Source: Spironucleus salmonicida (taxonomy: Eukaryota). Taken from it: 64,000 nucleotides of DNA. Positions 41,423-53,895 of the stretch are shown one piece after another. The notes below the pieces were generated by a model. It searched no databases and was not told the origin of the DNA. It saw only the letters and a program-made list of their open reading frames with translations. The position numbers and the translations under genes were made by a program. The stretch lies in contig NC_090603.1 of NCBI RefSeq assembly GCF_000497125.1, positions 930,001-994,000 on the forward strand, given 5' to 3'. Each line of letters starts with the position of its first letter. Position 1 is the stretch's first letter.

Positions 41423-42426
41423 ATGCTACCTCAAATAAACAAGATCAAATTCGTACATTAAAAGATAATATTAAAAAATCAACAATAGAATATGTTTAAA
41501 TAATAGATAACACCTAGAATAAGTCCTATTTTTAATAATTAAAATGATATTATTTTATTAAAAATATAAATGATGCACAACTAAATTTAAGCTCTGTTTA
41601 CACAATAAACCTAATTTTCTGTAAATCCAATTAATTTTATAATAAATAATAAGGCACATTTTTAAAAGTTTACGTCATTAGATCTGTAATTTGATGAATA
41701 CGAAAAATTTTAACTTCCATAATAATTTTTTTGCAGAGAAATTTGCGATATATTCATTAATATAAATTATCTAAATATATCTTCGACTCCACTTATACCT
41801 ATAATTCCACCATTTCAAAATTTTCCACTTCTTGAATAATTGATTCTTCACAACTGTTAGCTTCAAAATATTCGTTTTTTAGAAAAGTTAAATGACTTAA
41901 AGGTATTAAATTTGTCAGATAATATTATAACTGATTTTAGACCAATTTTGGCATAAAGGAGTTTAATGCATTAAACATATCTAACTGCTAAGTTAAAGAG
42001 ACTGATTTTTTATCTAAACTGACAAACTTGAAATACTTAGATATCTCCAATAATAAGAAACTATCTTAGCTTACCGGATTATTAAAAATTGTTAAAAATC
42101 TTCATACATTGAATATGTCAAGATCTATCTTATCACCATTGTGGTTTTGTATGATTTTAAATGAAAATAGGAATTCTGAAAAAATTATGATTGATACTGA
42201 TTTTAACAGTTTTAAATTCATAAGAAATCGTCTTTTAAAACATATGAAAGTAAATGTATTAGATTGGAAATCTTAGAGTATAAATTAGTCGGATTCATTG
42301 TATCTTTTTGCAATATATAAACGGTTTAATGTGATGTATGAAAGTATCCAGTAACTGCGGCTTGCGAATGATATACGATTTGCAGAAGGAATGTTTTTCT
42401 TAAAGATATTGGAAGGTATTTATTGA
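41423..42426 (+). pseudogene. Leucine-rich repeat protein interrupted by a 1-nt frameshift
   Basis: LRR units LEQLILHNCQL and LKVLNLSDNII in frame 2 continue as ALNISNCQV and LKYLDISNN in frame 1 after ~41966. Pseudogene or sequencing indel. Confidence 0.7.
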
Positions 42427-43333
42427 TAAGTTATAGTATGATGTTAGCATATGCTAAATTTTTAGTAAAGTGAACTATAATTTTTTGTTCTATAATATAT
42501 CTAGTTTTAAAAGTTATAACTTAATTTTATTGCTAATGGAATATGAATATAATTTGCTATCAGATATGAATATGTCAAAAAAATAAATGTATATATACTA
42601 ATTTGATTCATCTTAGACTAATTAAAATCATACATTTTTATTTCATTGAAATTACTATGTCAGCATTATTATAATAATTTATTTTAAATAAATGAAAGCC
42701 ACTTCATCCCATAGTTTTTTATTGATCTCAAATATGAATTAATTGGAGTTAAATAATGAAAATGTAAGATAAATATTTAATATTTATCATTTAATTTACT
42801 AAAAAATCTGTAAGAATAGTAACTTAAAAATAATATTATTTTAATTTACAGTGTCTAAAACTTTAAATATTGATCAATCTGATATACCAATATTCAGAGT
42901 GTTATTTATTTATGGTTAGATTAAGAAATCATACAGATATATTAGAAGACTAGTTTTATATTATTCCATTCTAAAATATTGAAATTTAAAAAGATAAATA
43001 CAATATATTTGAGTAAAAGATTATTGTATAAGTCAGCTATAACCCTAAATAATATCTATTTACTACATATATTAAATCAAATACAATTCATTATTTTTAT
43101 TCATTAAAGATAAGTCTATATTCTTTTTTATAGTTTCTTTCTCAAATTAATAAACAAAATAAATTAAACATAATTATTATATAAGGATCCTTAATAAAAA
43201 ATGAGTAATGGAGATAATATAGTAATAATGGATTTACTCTTTAATTTATGCAAATGTATATAAACAATAAAGGGAATTAATTTTTAACTCTTACTTCATA
43301 CTCAAAAATAAATAAAAAATATTAATAAAAATG

Positions 43334-44806
43334 TCACTTTTGACTTTTGTCTTTATTTTTACGTTTACTGCTAGAATTAGTTTTTGCAGCATCCTTATAC
43401 ACAAAAAGAAATTTAATAATAAATAAAATTAATAACATAGTGCTAATACAGACACCTACACCTTCTGTTAGTGATAGTGAATAATAATAATTAGCGGTAT
43501 CACCATTATTTCTAGATGTGCTCAAAATAGTTATCAAGGCCATAATTAGCTTAAATACCGCAAGCATATAGTTTAAAGTGAAGAAACTCTCAAAGGAACT
43601 TAGAATAGAAACTATTTCTGGGATAATAGATGTGCTTCCAGCTACACAGGATAAAAACAAATTCTTAACTTAACTGCTGCTATATTCGGAATCTTTATCA
43701 GTCGAGAAGATGAACTACACATGAAATTACACAAAACATATCAATATTATTGCATTAACAGCAACTGATACAATAACCACAGTTAGAATTAATTTGCAAA
43801 CACGCTTGTAGTACCGTTGCTTATAGTGTAGAGCCGCAGCCGAAAAGAAGCAATAGCTCAGGGCAGTGGGAACGACTCTAAAAAACTATCCATAAAGTGA
43901 GAAGGAAAACAAGTCGTAAATAGCATCTTATCGTTATGAATCGTTTGTATATGTCTTAAAAATTTAAGCATGTGAAAGTAATACGGACATTGGAAGAACT
44001 ATTAAATAACACGTTCTAGGAAGTCCAAAACGAAGCATCTATATTAAGATAGAAATTTATTTTTTGTCACGAAACCCTTTAAATATCGCCATAAGATCCG
44101 AATTAAAATAATTTCGTATAGTAACACCAAGCAACGACCGACCTTCATTGATACCAGCCATCCAAACACCCAAAGAGAATTCAGTAACAACAAATGCTAC
44201 AACTGTGGGCCAATTATTAACTGGGACATCAGCAATGAAGTATAACATGGATTCTACAGCAACTCGAACAAGAGCACTGATACATAGATGACAAAATGTT
44301 ATGAAGGTTCTTCCTTCTGCTGTAAATTTTATTATGTTAACATTACTTAAAACATTGAAAGCATATGAGCAGCCAACTTATACTACGATTGAATAATAAT
44401 ACGATTTTGCTACCCCAAAAATAGTTTATGTGTACACAGCTATTAGAGAATTGACTATAAGAAACACAGGTAGAAGGAGGTAATATAGATAGAATAGAGA
44501 ATGATAGTATGCCTTCATTTCTTCATAATTTTTGCTGGCAATGAAGTCGGCAGCATGTAACGCATAACTGAACATTAACTGATTTGGTAGAGTTTATCCT
44601 AAGATTAATTTTAAATTATATGTCACATTTATAGCGTAAATACAGTCCTATCCAAAGTTAATTTGTTAAAAGTAGAAAGAGACTAGATCTGCAACTGCCA
44701 ATAGTAGCATTCCAAGAAACATTGGAAAACACTATTCTACTACAATCCATAAAATATTAGTACTAAGGATACGTACTGAATGCGCTGATAATTCAGATAG
44801 ATCCAT
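43334..44806 (-). CDS. MATE/MOP-like multi-pass transporter, 490 aa
   Basis: About 12 hydrophobic segments; IVVEQCFPMFLGML and FTAEGRTF resemble MATE motifs. Joins track ORFs 44057-44248 and 43334-43660; ends AAG-TGA. Confidence 0.65.
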
Positions 44807-44920
44807 TTTATCGAACAAGACTATATGTTATATTAATTTAAATAAAACATATAATTTGCTATTTATTTTTTATGTAATTTAATAGAATTGAACCAATAAT
44901 AAAAAACACTACGAATACAT

Positions 44921-45433
44921 TCATGCGAAGAAGCTCTTGAGCCAGTAGAGATCCGCCTGGAAAACAAACTTCCTCAGCCGCTAATATGCGAATTCCTGGC
45001 GCTTTATGAGAGTGAGGTTAGTGCGTAGGTGCACCTCGCTATCCACCAGGATGCTTTGAGCGAGAAACTGCGGCAGAGACGTCTGGATCTCGAACGAGGT
45101 CTCTTTGCACCCAGCCCATGTCTGGTCTGGGATTTTCACGGATCCTTCCGCAGTGACAAGCTGGATTCCGTCATAACCGTCAGAGAGCAGCAGTGAAGTG
45201 CTCTGGGAAACGATACGCGGTGATTAAATCTAGGGAGCCGTAGTATCTAGGATCTCCAGCTGATGTGCAGCCCTGACCTGCTGGAGCAACGTGCGCGCAC
45301 CTTCCGAGAACAGAGCCAGCTGCGCAGTTTGATAAGCAATGCAGTACTCTAAGTCCCACGACTCAGATGTTCCGCTGCATAGGATATCCAGAATCTCCGC
45401 CGTGAGATCACTGGCGATCGCGTTTGCTTCCAT
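44921..45433 (-). CDS. Hypothetical protein, 170 aa
   Basis: Extends track ORF 45230-45433 through TAR codons to TGA 44923-44921; GC-rich codons. Confidence 0.65.
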
Positions 45434-45475
45434 TCTTGAGAATATGTAGTAATATATAATAGTTTCCCTGGTTTA

Positions 45476-47446
45476 ATGGCACTATACGTCAGCTCGTCAG
45501 AACACGAGTACAGGGCCCTGGGTGTTCCGCTAGCGCGATACAGTGCCGAGACTACTAAACTGGTCTAGCTCATGCGTTAGCCTCTGTCCAGAAGTTCGTG
45601 CGTGCAGATCGCCGATTTAGTGAGCGCACTCGGCGTAACCCTGATCTCGGCGCTCGATATTGACCCGGTATCCATGCAGATAATATCCAGTTACTGCATG
45701 TGCGCGTGCTTCCCGTGCCAAGTGGTGCACCAGGCCCTGGAGCGGTATGGGCATCGAGACTTCTCCTTGGTGATCGAGGAGCGTGCAGATATCTTCCTGT
45801 TCCACGTAGCCAACGGGGTTATAACTAAATCTACCAGCTTCGATAATACGCGTAGCGAGATTCGGACCCTTCTTAAAACCATCGCACATAGCGTAACGCG
45901 GTATGTCGTAGTGGAAGGAAGGGCTCCTGCAGTTCGGAAGTATCTGTAGGAGCATATCGAAGCTCTGAATGAAAAGTAGATTCTGGATCTCACGGCTGAC
46001 TGGGCCATGGCATCCCAGGTAGCTACGGAATGCGATAGAGTCAAGATATTGCTCAGCGGGCAGCCAGTTGACGCTAGATAGTTTATTGTGCTGGCAGGAG
46101 CTGACGTACGGATACAGAAGGGTGCCTTCTCGGCAGTCATAAACTGCTAGCCCGGGGATATGATAATGCAGTCCGGTTGCACGTACTTCAACCACACGCG
46201 GAAGGCACCGCTGGAGTACATCGACACATATGATTCTTCATCGGTCCTAAACCTCCATACCCACCAATTCAGCATGCCTTTTGCATTCTAGGACGAGCAG
46301 CTGCACGCCTTTATCCACCGGGCGCTTGACATGTTTGTTCTGGTGCAAGGTATCCCGTTAGATCTAGCAGACAGCCTGCGGCGCTCAAGCTCGTGCATCG
46401 TGGAGGACATGATCGTCTTTGAATCATGCCAGACTTACTCAGACGGCGTGTTCACCCTCTACGGTATCTACGACAATTCTCTTGTAGGAGTTGACTGCGT
46501 CGCCACGGTGGAGGGGAGCCTTTTCTAGTTTCTACGAGATTTTCGCATCCAGAACATGGAGGGCCTCCCCTTCCTGCACGTTCACAAAGCTGTGGCCTAC
46601 GGCGGGTTCACGCTGTTCGCCCGGCAGGCAACAGTAGAGACCTTGCAGGAATATTCCTGTCACAGCGAGCGGGCGCTGGTACTGCATGATCTGGTCCAGA
46701 AGCTAGCGTTGCTACGACAGTACGGCGTTACCTTTGCCAACCTGTCTGCTAGGAACGTCCTGGTCACACCTAGTGGCAGTATGCTATTTAACCAGTTCGC
46801 ACTGGAGCCTGGCCCAGAGGACGTGACCGTACGCCAGCTAGGGAAAATTGCCCAGGTGATGCTCGAGTTCCATCCTAGGGGCTTCTCCCGCCACGAGATA
46901 TTACCGCACGCAACTTACCTCCAGAAGCAGTTCCTTATGCAGGCAGACCTGCCCAGTATCCGGCTGGAGGATCTGCTCGCAAACCCCCTGTTCATGTCTG
47001 ACGACTAAAAGGCCCAACTGATGGAGCAGTACCAGAGGTCCAAGGCTGGGTCCTGCCGCTACTTCGAGCGTCTCACTGTCGAGCTCGGCATCGACCCGGT
47101 AGGAATTGTGTGTGGTCTGAAGGAATTCACCCAGACTGGACGCAATGGGGCACATGGTATGGCCGGCGGTGGGGTAGACAACGCGATGCGGTTCGTACGG
47201 AACCAGCTTGCCCACTTCAGCGGCCGCCACGAATACACCTTCAGGCGGAAGCCCGTGCAGTTTTCGGCACCAGGAGAGCTGCTGCGCTTCCTGGAGACTC
47301 GAGTCGGAGGAATATTCCAGGTCGTGTACGACTGCTACCTGCTCGAGCGGTACGGTATGGAGCTGTTCCGCAGGCACAGTGAGGGAAAGCAGTCAGATCT
47401 GGGCAAGCCTCTTCGCTCTGGTAATGAGGGCAACCGTCTGGTCTGA
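45476..47446 (+). CDS. IRE1/RNase L-family pseudokinase + KEN ribonuclease protein, 656 aa
   Basis: Track ORFs 45602, 46331, 46556 and 47021 form one frame with TAR=Q. Kinase-like part: GVFTLYGIYDNSLVGVD, FARQATVETLQEY, VTFANLSARNVLV, LEDLLANPLF. KEN part: VDNAMRFVRNQLAHF, PGELLRFLETRVGGIFQVVY. Confidence 0.78.
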
Positions 47447-47656
47447 GTCGGTGCCATCGTGATCTGAAATCGGCTCCTGGGATGGGTCGAGCACCGGGAC
47501 GCCGCGCACGAGCGGCTCGCGGGAGATCGCGTACTCCTACCTCGCTGGAAGCTTTGGAGTACGAATAGCAGTTAGGGCATCACTGCTAACTATCGGCTGG
47601 GAGTCGGCCATGATCGCGGAGACCCGCTGCGCGAATGCGTGTCCAGAGGCGTTCAT
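47393..47656 (-). CDS. Small hypothetical protein, 87 aa
   Basis: MNASGHAFAQRVSAIMAD...AKRLAQI-TGA. Overlaps the 3' end of the KEN gene by 54 nt; divergent from the 47680 gene with a 23-nt gap. Confidence 0.4.
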
Positions 47657-47679
47657 TCGGATTTTGGAGCGGCCCCAGA

Positions 47680-47937
47680 ATGAGCAGGAAGGCCCCCGCA
47701 TCAACCTACGCGAAGCCCAACTCGCACTTCGGTCGCTTCCTGCTGGACACCTATCGTACGTATGATCTGGATGCGGTGCGCGATGACTCCGACAGTGAGG
47801 TCGCACTAGCGATGGCTATACCATTGGAGCGCCTTCACTAGCACGAGACCATAGTGCGGCGGCTTGGCCCCAGAGGAAAGGTTGTTCCGTGCTCACCCTT
47901 TGCCTGTATACGCTGGCTGGATCGAGTGCTTGAGTGA
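47680..47937 (+). CDS. Small hypothetical protein, 85 aa
   Basis: MSRKAPASTYAKPN...WLDRVLE; ends GAG-TGA, 17 nt before the next ATG. Confidence 0.5.
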
Positions 47938-47954
47938 CGTCTTCTCCACTCCAA

Positions 47955-49100
47955 ATGCCAGAGGTCCTAGTGATGGAGATCGGCACCAAGGACCCGGCCA
48001 CCTCAGATTTCGTATCGCGCCTGCTCTTTAACTTCCAGGTGATGGACGACAATAAGGCAGCTTAGCAGCGCAAGCTGGTTGGCCGGGTACAGCCGTTCGT
48101 GACCGAGGCCGAGTACGACTTCACGCGGCCATACTTTGAGAACCTCCTACTTATCCAGAGGAATGACGGCAAAGAGCCATAGGCGAACTCCCCTATGCTG
48201 TATCGGCACTACTCGGTCTAGACTGCACCGTTCGGCTGCCAGCACTACCTTCGCGCATGCGAGGTGGTCTGCCCCCAGTGTACCGCCCCGTATCCCTGCC
48301 GCTTCTGCCACGACGAAGAGCAGGACCACGAGCTACCCTTCCGCGAGGTAGCCCGGGTGGTGTGCTGCAGCTGCCAGCTTGAGCAAGACCTGCACCAGGT
48401 CTGCGATGGATGCGGATAGGTCTTTGGGGACTACTACTGCGAGAAATGCGCCCTCTTCGACAGCCTCGGCAACCAGGCCAAACCCATTTTCCACTCCGGC
48501 AGTCTCTGCAGAGTCGGGGTGGCCGCGTACTACCGGGACTGTACACTCTGCGGTCAGTGTATTCTCCGAGAGTGCTTTGATTCCCACGTATGCAAGCAAG
48601 AGGACACTTGCCCAGTCTGTCTGGGAACCCTCCGTGACTCCATCTACCTAAAATCTGACCTGCCATGCGGCCACCAGCTGCACCAGCACTGCCTCCAGGG
48701 GTGCTACGACGACGGCAACTACTCCTGCCCGATCTGCAGAAAGAGCACATTTACATCTTAAGATTTGTTGTAGTTTAAAAATGAATGGATTAGATGGTCT
48801 GGTAAGTAAAAAGTACCATTTATACTTAAAAACAAATATTGTATAGTAACTTGTAACGATTGTAATAATTAGTTTTATGAAAAATGTGTGCATTATGGTT
48901 ATTTATGCCCCAAATGTGATAGTACAAATACGTTTGAAAAAGAGTTTTGTACTAAAGCAATATTTATTTCTAATAATAATAATAAAATTAATAGAAAAAT
49001 TCAATATAATTATTTCATATTTTTTACACATATAATAGTAGATAAAAAAGTTTTCGCCTTAATTTTAGTAGTTTTAATATTTTTGATAAATTTGAAGTGA
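47955..49100 (+). CDS. RCHY1: CHY zinc finger + RING-H2 + zinc-ribbon E3 ligase (Pirh2/RCHY1-like), 381 aa
   Basis: GCQHYLRACEVVCPQC...YPCRFCHDE, YYCEKCALFD, CPVCLGTL...LPCGHQLHQHC...CPICRKS, VTCNDC...CPKCDSTNT. Confidence 0.92.
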
Positions 49101-49105
49101 GTAAA

Positions 49106-52100
49106 TCATTCTCTAGCGTTGTCCTTAATGTGTTAGCAAAGATATGGACAAACCCTTTCAAAATCTTAAAATCCAAAACCTTATACAGTAGTAAATCCCT
49201 TAAAGCATTAATTTAACTCGTTTTCATGTTGTCCATAATTTCTGGCAATAAGCACGTTGCTATCTTTTTTCTTATCTTTGCGTAACCTATCTCTCTTAAT
49301 AATTTCCAAACTATCTTTGTATTCATTTTTATTATCGCTCCAAAAGCTTCTATCTGTTTAAACTTGGACCTCAGGAGAACGTTTAGTGAGAATACGAGAA
49401 CTTTATAATAACCTTGTTCCCTCCCCAAAGTCCTAGAAAACTCTGCTTCTACTCAAAATACAGCTTAATTTTTCAATTAACTTATTTGCAGCTTCTATAG
49501 AGTTAGTCTCAACACTCTTAATCAGCAGACAAGGGGGTACCTATACTAGTCGCTAAATTCGCACTTTAAGCTTATTTGACGGAATTTTAAGCTTCTCAAA
49601 ACTGAGAACTGGATTACTTTGGTACCTGAAAGTAATACTAGTTTAAACATTTCTGTACCTAGTTTATTCATCAATTATTTTATTGTGTGCAAAAATCCTA
49701 TCTGGTATACACGAACTCCACTCTGGATGCACAAACTGGTTGTCCAAGTCCTAAAGTACTGGAACAGTGCTCCGATCGTTTTAATTGTACTATGCAAGTG
49801 TCAAAAACGCCATGGTTTCAGCTAATGCAGGCCTCCAGTCAAAGGCTGCAAGTATTTAATTTGTGATAATATAACCGTTGCTAACAAATGATACTTTTGC
49901 AGATAAATAAGTAGAAATTTACACATTAGCTAGACAACACAAAGCTAACTCACCTCGTGTGAGATATTTTTATATATATTCTGCAGTTTACTGCTGATCA
50001 GTAGGCCTAATTTGACGACCTGGCGGCGGCTTGTTCTGCTTTAATTTCCTAATATTAAAATTTAGAGGGACAACGCTGTTCTCTTCTGAAACACCGTTAT
50101 GAGCAATTTTCGATCCAAATAAGTAATCCACTGGATGTACAACACAATAGTTCTCTGGATCTTCATTTTTCAATTTTAGAATATTTAAAATTAGCTAATG
50201 CGACTTTCTGATCGGTGTACAAAGCAGATTTCCTCTGTTTTCATTTTTAATTAAGAACGCAAATTCTCCTAAATTTACATCAACTGATGCTGCATTAGCG
50301 TTTGCCTAATCAGATGGAAATGCTTCATTTATGACTCTAGCAGCTCCGGTTTGCTTGGATGCAATTGAGTTTAGCTAAACCTCCACAGATTGAATAATGC
50401 TTGTTAACACTAAGATGATTTCTTGAAGTTTTTCTTCGGTTAGAATATTCATCATAATTGATTTTGCATCCTAAAAGAGCTTAATTCGTGCGTATTTATA
50501 ATCTTCTTTTGATAGTTTAAAGAGCAATTCTGGTTTAGTTACTATTTCAAACAAGTTTTCTTGCGGGAACTTACTTTATTATTTAATTGACAATACGGAT
50601 TTTCGGGTGAAAATAGGATCACTTTCGGATAGAAATTTTAAATAAATTAGTGCAACCTACTATTAGAAATTAAGGAACTTCGCCAGTGGCTTAAATGAAT
50701 GAATTTTGTTCGATAAACCTAGCAACAAAATAGACTGTGGTTTTTGAAATTAAAACGATTAACATGTCAATTTTGGCGTATCTAATAATTTTTACCTAAA
50801 AGATTTATGAATTTACTGTGTTAAGTCGTCATTTTTAACTAGATAAAGTCGTTTTTTATTCATTTCACTTAAGAGCTGGTATACAAGCTAGTTTTTGCAG
50901 GAAAAGGTATAAATAGAGTCGAGTAGGATATGTTATACCAGCTGTGTATAGGGTCCAAATTACACTTATTACGCGAGTGAAGTCATCTACACAATAGCTT
51001 GAAAGGCTTTTATATTTAGCTTTTCAGATTAGTTGCTTTGAGATAAAGTGAGTAAATTACGGATGCTAGCGCCTCCAATGAAGCACTTTCTACAGAATAA
51101 CTCAATCATGATGTTTTGGGGAATATTTTGCTTGAAAATCTATGCAAAATTTTCAATTAAATCTGCTTAGTCCAGTTATTTGGCCATAAAATTTTAGACA
51201 CCAACTTGTAGAGATCCTATATTGGCCTAAATCAGGGTTTCAGTAGCTGAAATATTTGTATTAAAAGCACAAGAACTAAAAATTTAGCGCGAGAATTCTA
51301 GAAGAAAGTTGGTCAGTAGAGAAAAACTTTCACATTTTGGAATAAATGTAAGACCAGAAAATAGTGTTTAGATGATAAAAAGGATTTATACCTAGTCGAT
51401 TTGAGTTTGGTTTAAGAAGATGTTCAATTTGGTGTTTTATGAGTAGCTTTGTAAAATCTGATATAAACTTGTTGTGAGTGAATCTTGAGAAACTGTAAAT
51501 AGGAATGATGATAATACTGTATTTAAAAGAGTAGAAGACAAGCTTGAACTGCGTTAAAATGCAAATTAAAGCTGATTTTAGGTCTCTAAAAGCGGCTGGA
51601 AGTAAAGAATTAAGTCAAAAATACGATTTGCAAACAAATGTGAGTTTTTCGGATTGAAAAATGGAACTTTATTAGTTTCTTAGAGTGTCGAAATGATTAA
51701 ATCAACTTGTGGAAAACTACTTTATTTCGGTATTTGTGCATTTTAAAAGAACTCATATAGAAAATTCTACTACTTTTTGACGTTATTTTGCTACTAATTA
51801 ACTGTCTTAGGTTAAATTGTGTTAAAAATAGTGGTATCCTGCTTCGAATTAACAGAATTTTCTTCATTTTCATCTTTTTAGAGCCATTTTTGAACATCAT
51901 TTTCATTCAAATTTTCTGTGTTTTCAGCATCTTCAACTATTAATTTTTAACTGTTTTCCACCTAAATCTAACGGCTCACGCGCGCTAAAAGCTTGCTTTT
52001 ACTCAACCGTTTGAAACAGCATAACGCGTTGTGTCCATTCTCTTCTTAACACGAACACCCCAAACACCCAATTTCGTTCATTTTCAGCCCTTTTTAACCT

Positions 52101-53851
52101 CTGAGTTCGGCCCATTTTTATGCGAAATAACTCGAAAAACAACGTTCGCCGCAGCTGCGATTTTCGACTCTGCAGCGCCCGCAGTTGCTGCAATCGCTCA
52201 CGAAACTCTGAATTCTGATGTTTTCGACAAGCAAAACTATCTGCTGAACTGTCAAATTCTGCACGTCCGCAAATGTCGCCAGGCCTAGCTGCTGCATAAT
52301 TTGCACGCAAATTTCGTATTTGTAACTCGAAATTTCATTTGCGGGAAGCTGAAAATTTTGCTTCAAAAGAAGCTTAATTCGATCTTAAAGGGTGAGGGAA
52401 TTGATTTGGATTGTCTAGTTTAATCTGGACTGTAGATTGAACAGCTGCTCATTGACTTTTATTTCTAGCGCTTTTGCGTCGATTTGACCCGTTTTTGATG
52501 TAGAAATTAAAACTTTCCCGGTGAGTTACTGCGGCTTTTTCTCGATTATGAAGTCTGCTGGTGTGTTGTTGTCAGTTGTAAATTTGTCCTGGGAGTTATC
52601 TTATTATTCGAATTGGACAGTTCCAGGTGGAAAACGGGCCCGGTCCTAAGGAGATGCCTGCGGATTTTTGAGGAAATTCACCACCTCTGTGAGACGCGTT
52701 AGGGAGCGAAAACCAAGTAAACGAGCAATTTGTAGTCTGAAAATGTTCTCTCTAGTCTCTTTTTCTTTTAAAATTGAAGAAGCAAATTGCCTAAACTGGA
52801 GTCGAGTTTTGAAGGCTCTACAAAGCCAAGGGTTCTCAGATTCAAATTTATAAACATTTTCGTCCATTTGATACATTTCTGAGTTACAATGCGCTTCTTG
52901 ACTTTAAACTTTTAAAACTTTCAAATCAGCTTCAATAGAAACATCATCAACTCTTCTATCGGATCTATGGACTGAAAATTAATACAAAATGCGCTTTCTT
53001 ATATGTCTCTAGACGATTCGGTTAGAGTAACATTATAAAACACGTATTTTAGCTGACATAGAATCTTTGGACTCCTTAGCCGGATTAAAATGCAGGTACA
53101 TGATAGGATATTCTGCTTTGTTTATTAATTCGAAACTGAATTCTTCTCTTTTTGGCCAAGAACCTAAGGCATAAGGCTAACCAGTTCCCTCCCCAGTTGA
53201 AGAGGCTACTTCCGTTAGAAGTTAATATGCAGGAAATTAAGCTGATTCTGGATCAGATAGTAAATTAAGTGGTTAATGGAAGAGCTAATTCATAAATTCA
53301 GTGTTAAATTAATCTGTATAAGCTGATAACTGAGAATATTGTTGAAAATATGCCGCAAATATTTATTGAGAATTCATAGGACTGATAATAGATTAAGTAA
53401 ACTCTTTCAATGGCCTAAATTATAAAAATGTATCTATATTCGGTAATTATTAATAAATGTAACCAGATTCGCCGAATACTATCGCATGATGCTTAGCTAT
53501 AATTTCTAGTGGTTCCTATTCAGGTCGTTTCATAAATGCATGAATAAGGTCCCATGAACCAAAACCATGTAATTCTATACCTTCCAATAGTAACAAATCA
53601 TCTTGCACTGTCATACCATCAGGCCAGCAAACTTAATCATATTCTCGTCTTTCGTACATATCGTGATTTTTTCTATGAGATTTATATTCTGTACCAGCTT
53701 TAAAGCAATTTAAACAAATTTAAAAGTCTTTGCATTAATGACAAGACATTCTTATTTCGTTCAACTTGAATGGATACTCACAAAAATTACATTCGTCTCT
53801 ACCAACATTTTATTTATGAGAAGGATCTGCCTTAATAAGTGTTTAATCCAT
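49106..53851 (-). CDS. ADA2: ADA2-like transcriptional adaptor (ZZ + SANT + ADA boxes + SWIRM-like), 1581 aa
   Basis: ZZ CNFC...CHQCKDFQICLNCFKAG.E...HRKNH, SANT DDLLLLEGIELHGFGSW, GSWPKREEFSFELINKAE, YSNRIVQRHIRK, SWIRM-like LTRGELALCCLANVQISTYLSAK. One open frame. Confidence 0.82.
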
Positions 53852-53895
53852 TTATTTTGGAGCGGAAAATTACATATATAAATATAATATAATAA

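Noticed and set aside
44921-48750. GC-rich island as bacterial contamination or recent HGT
   Set aside because: Its ORFs use TAR=Gln, encode eukaryotic families, and the RCHY1 ORF continues in frame into the AT-rich flank.
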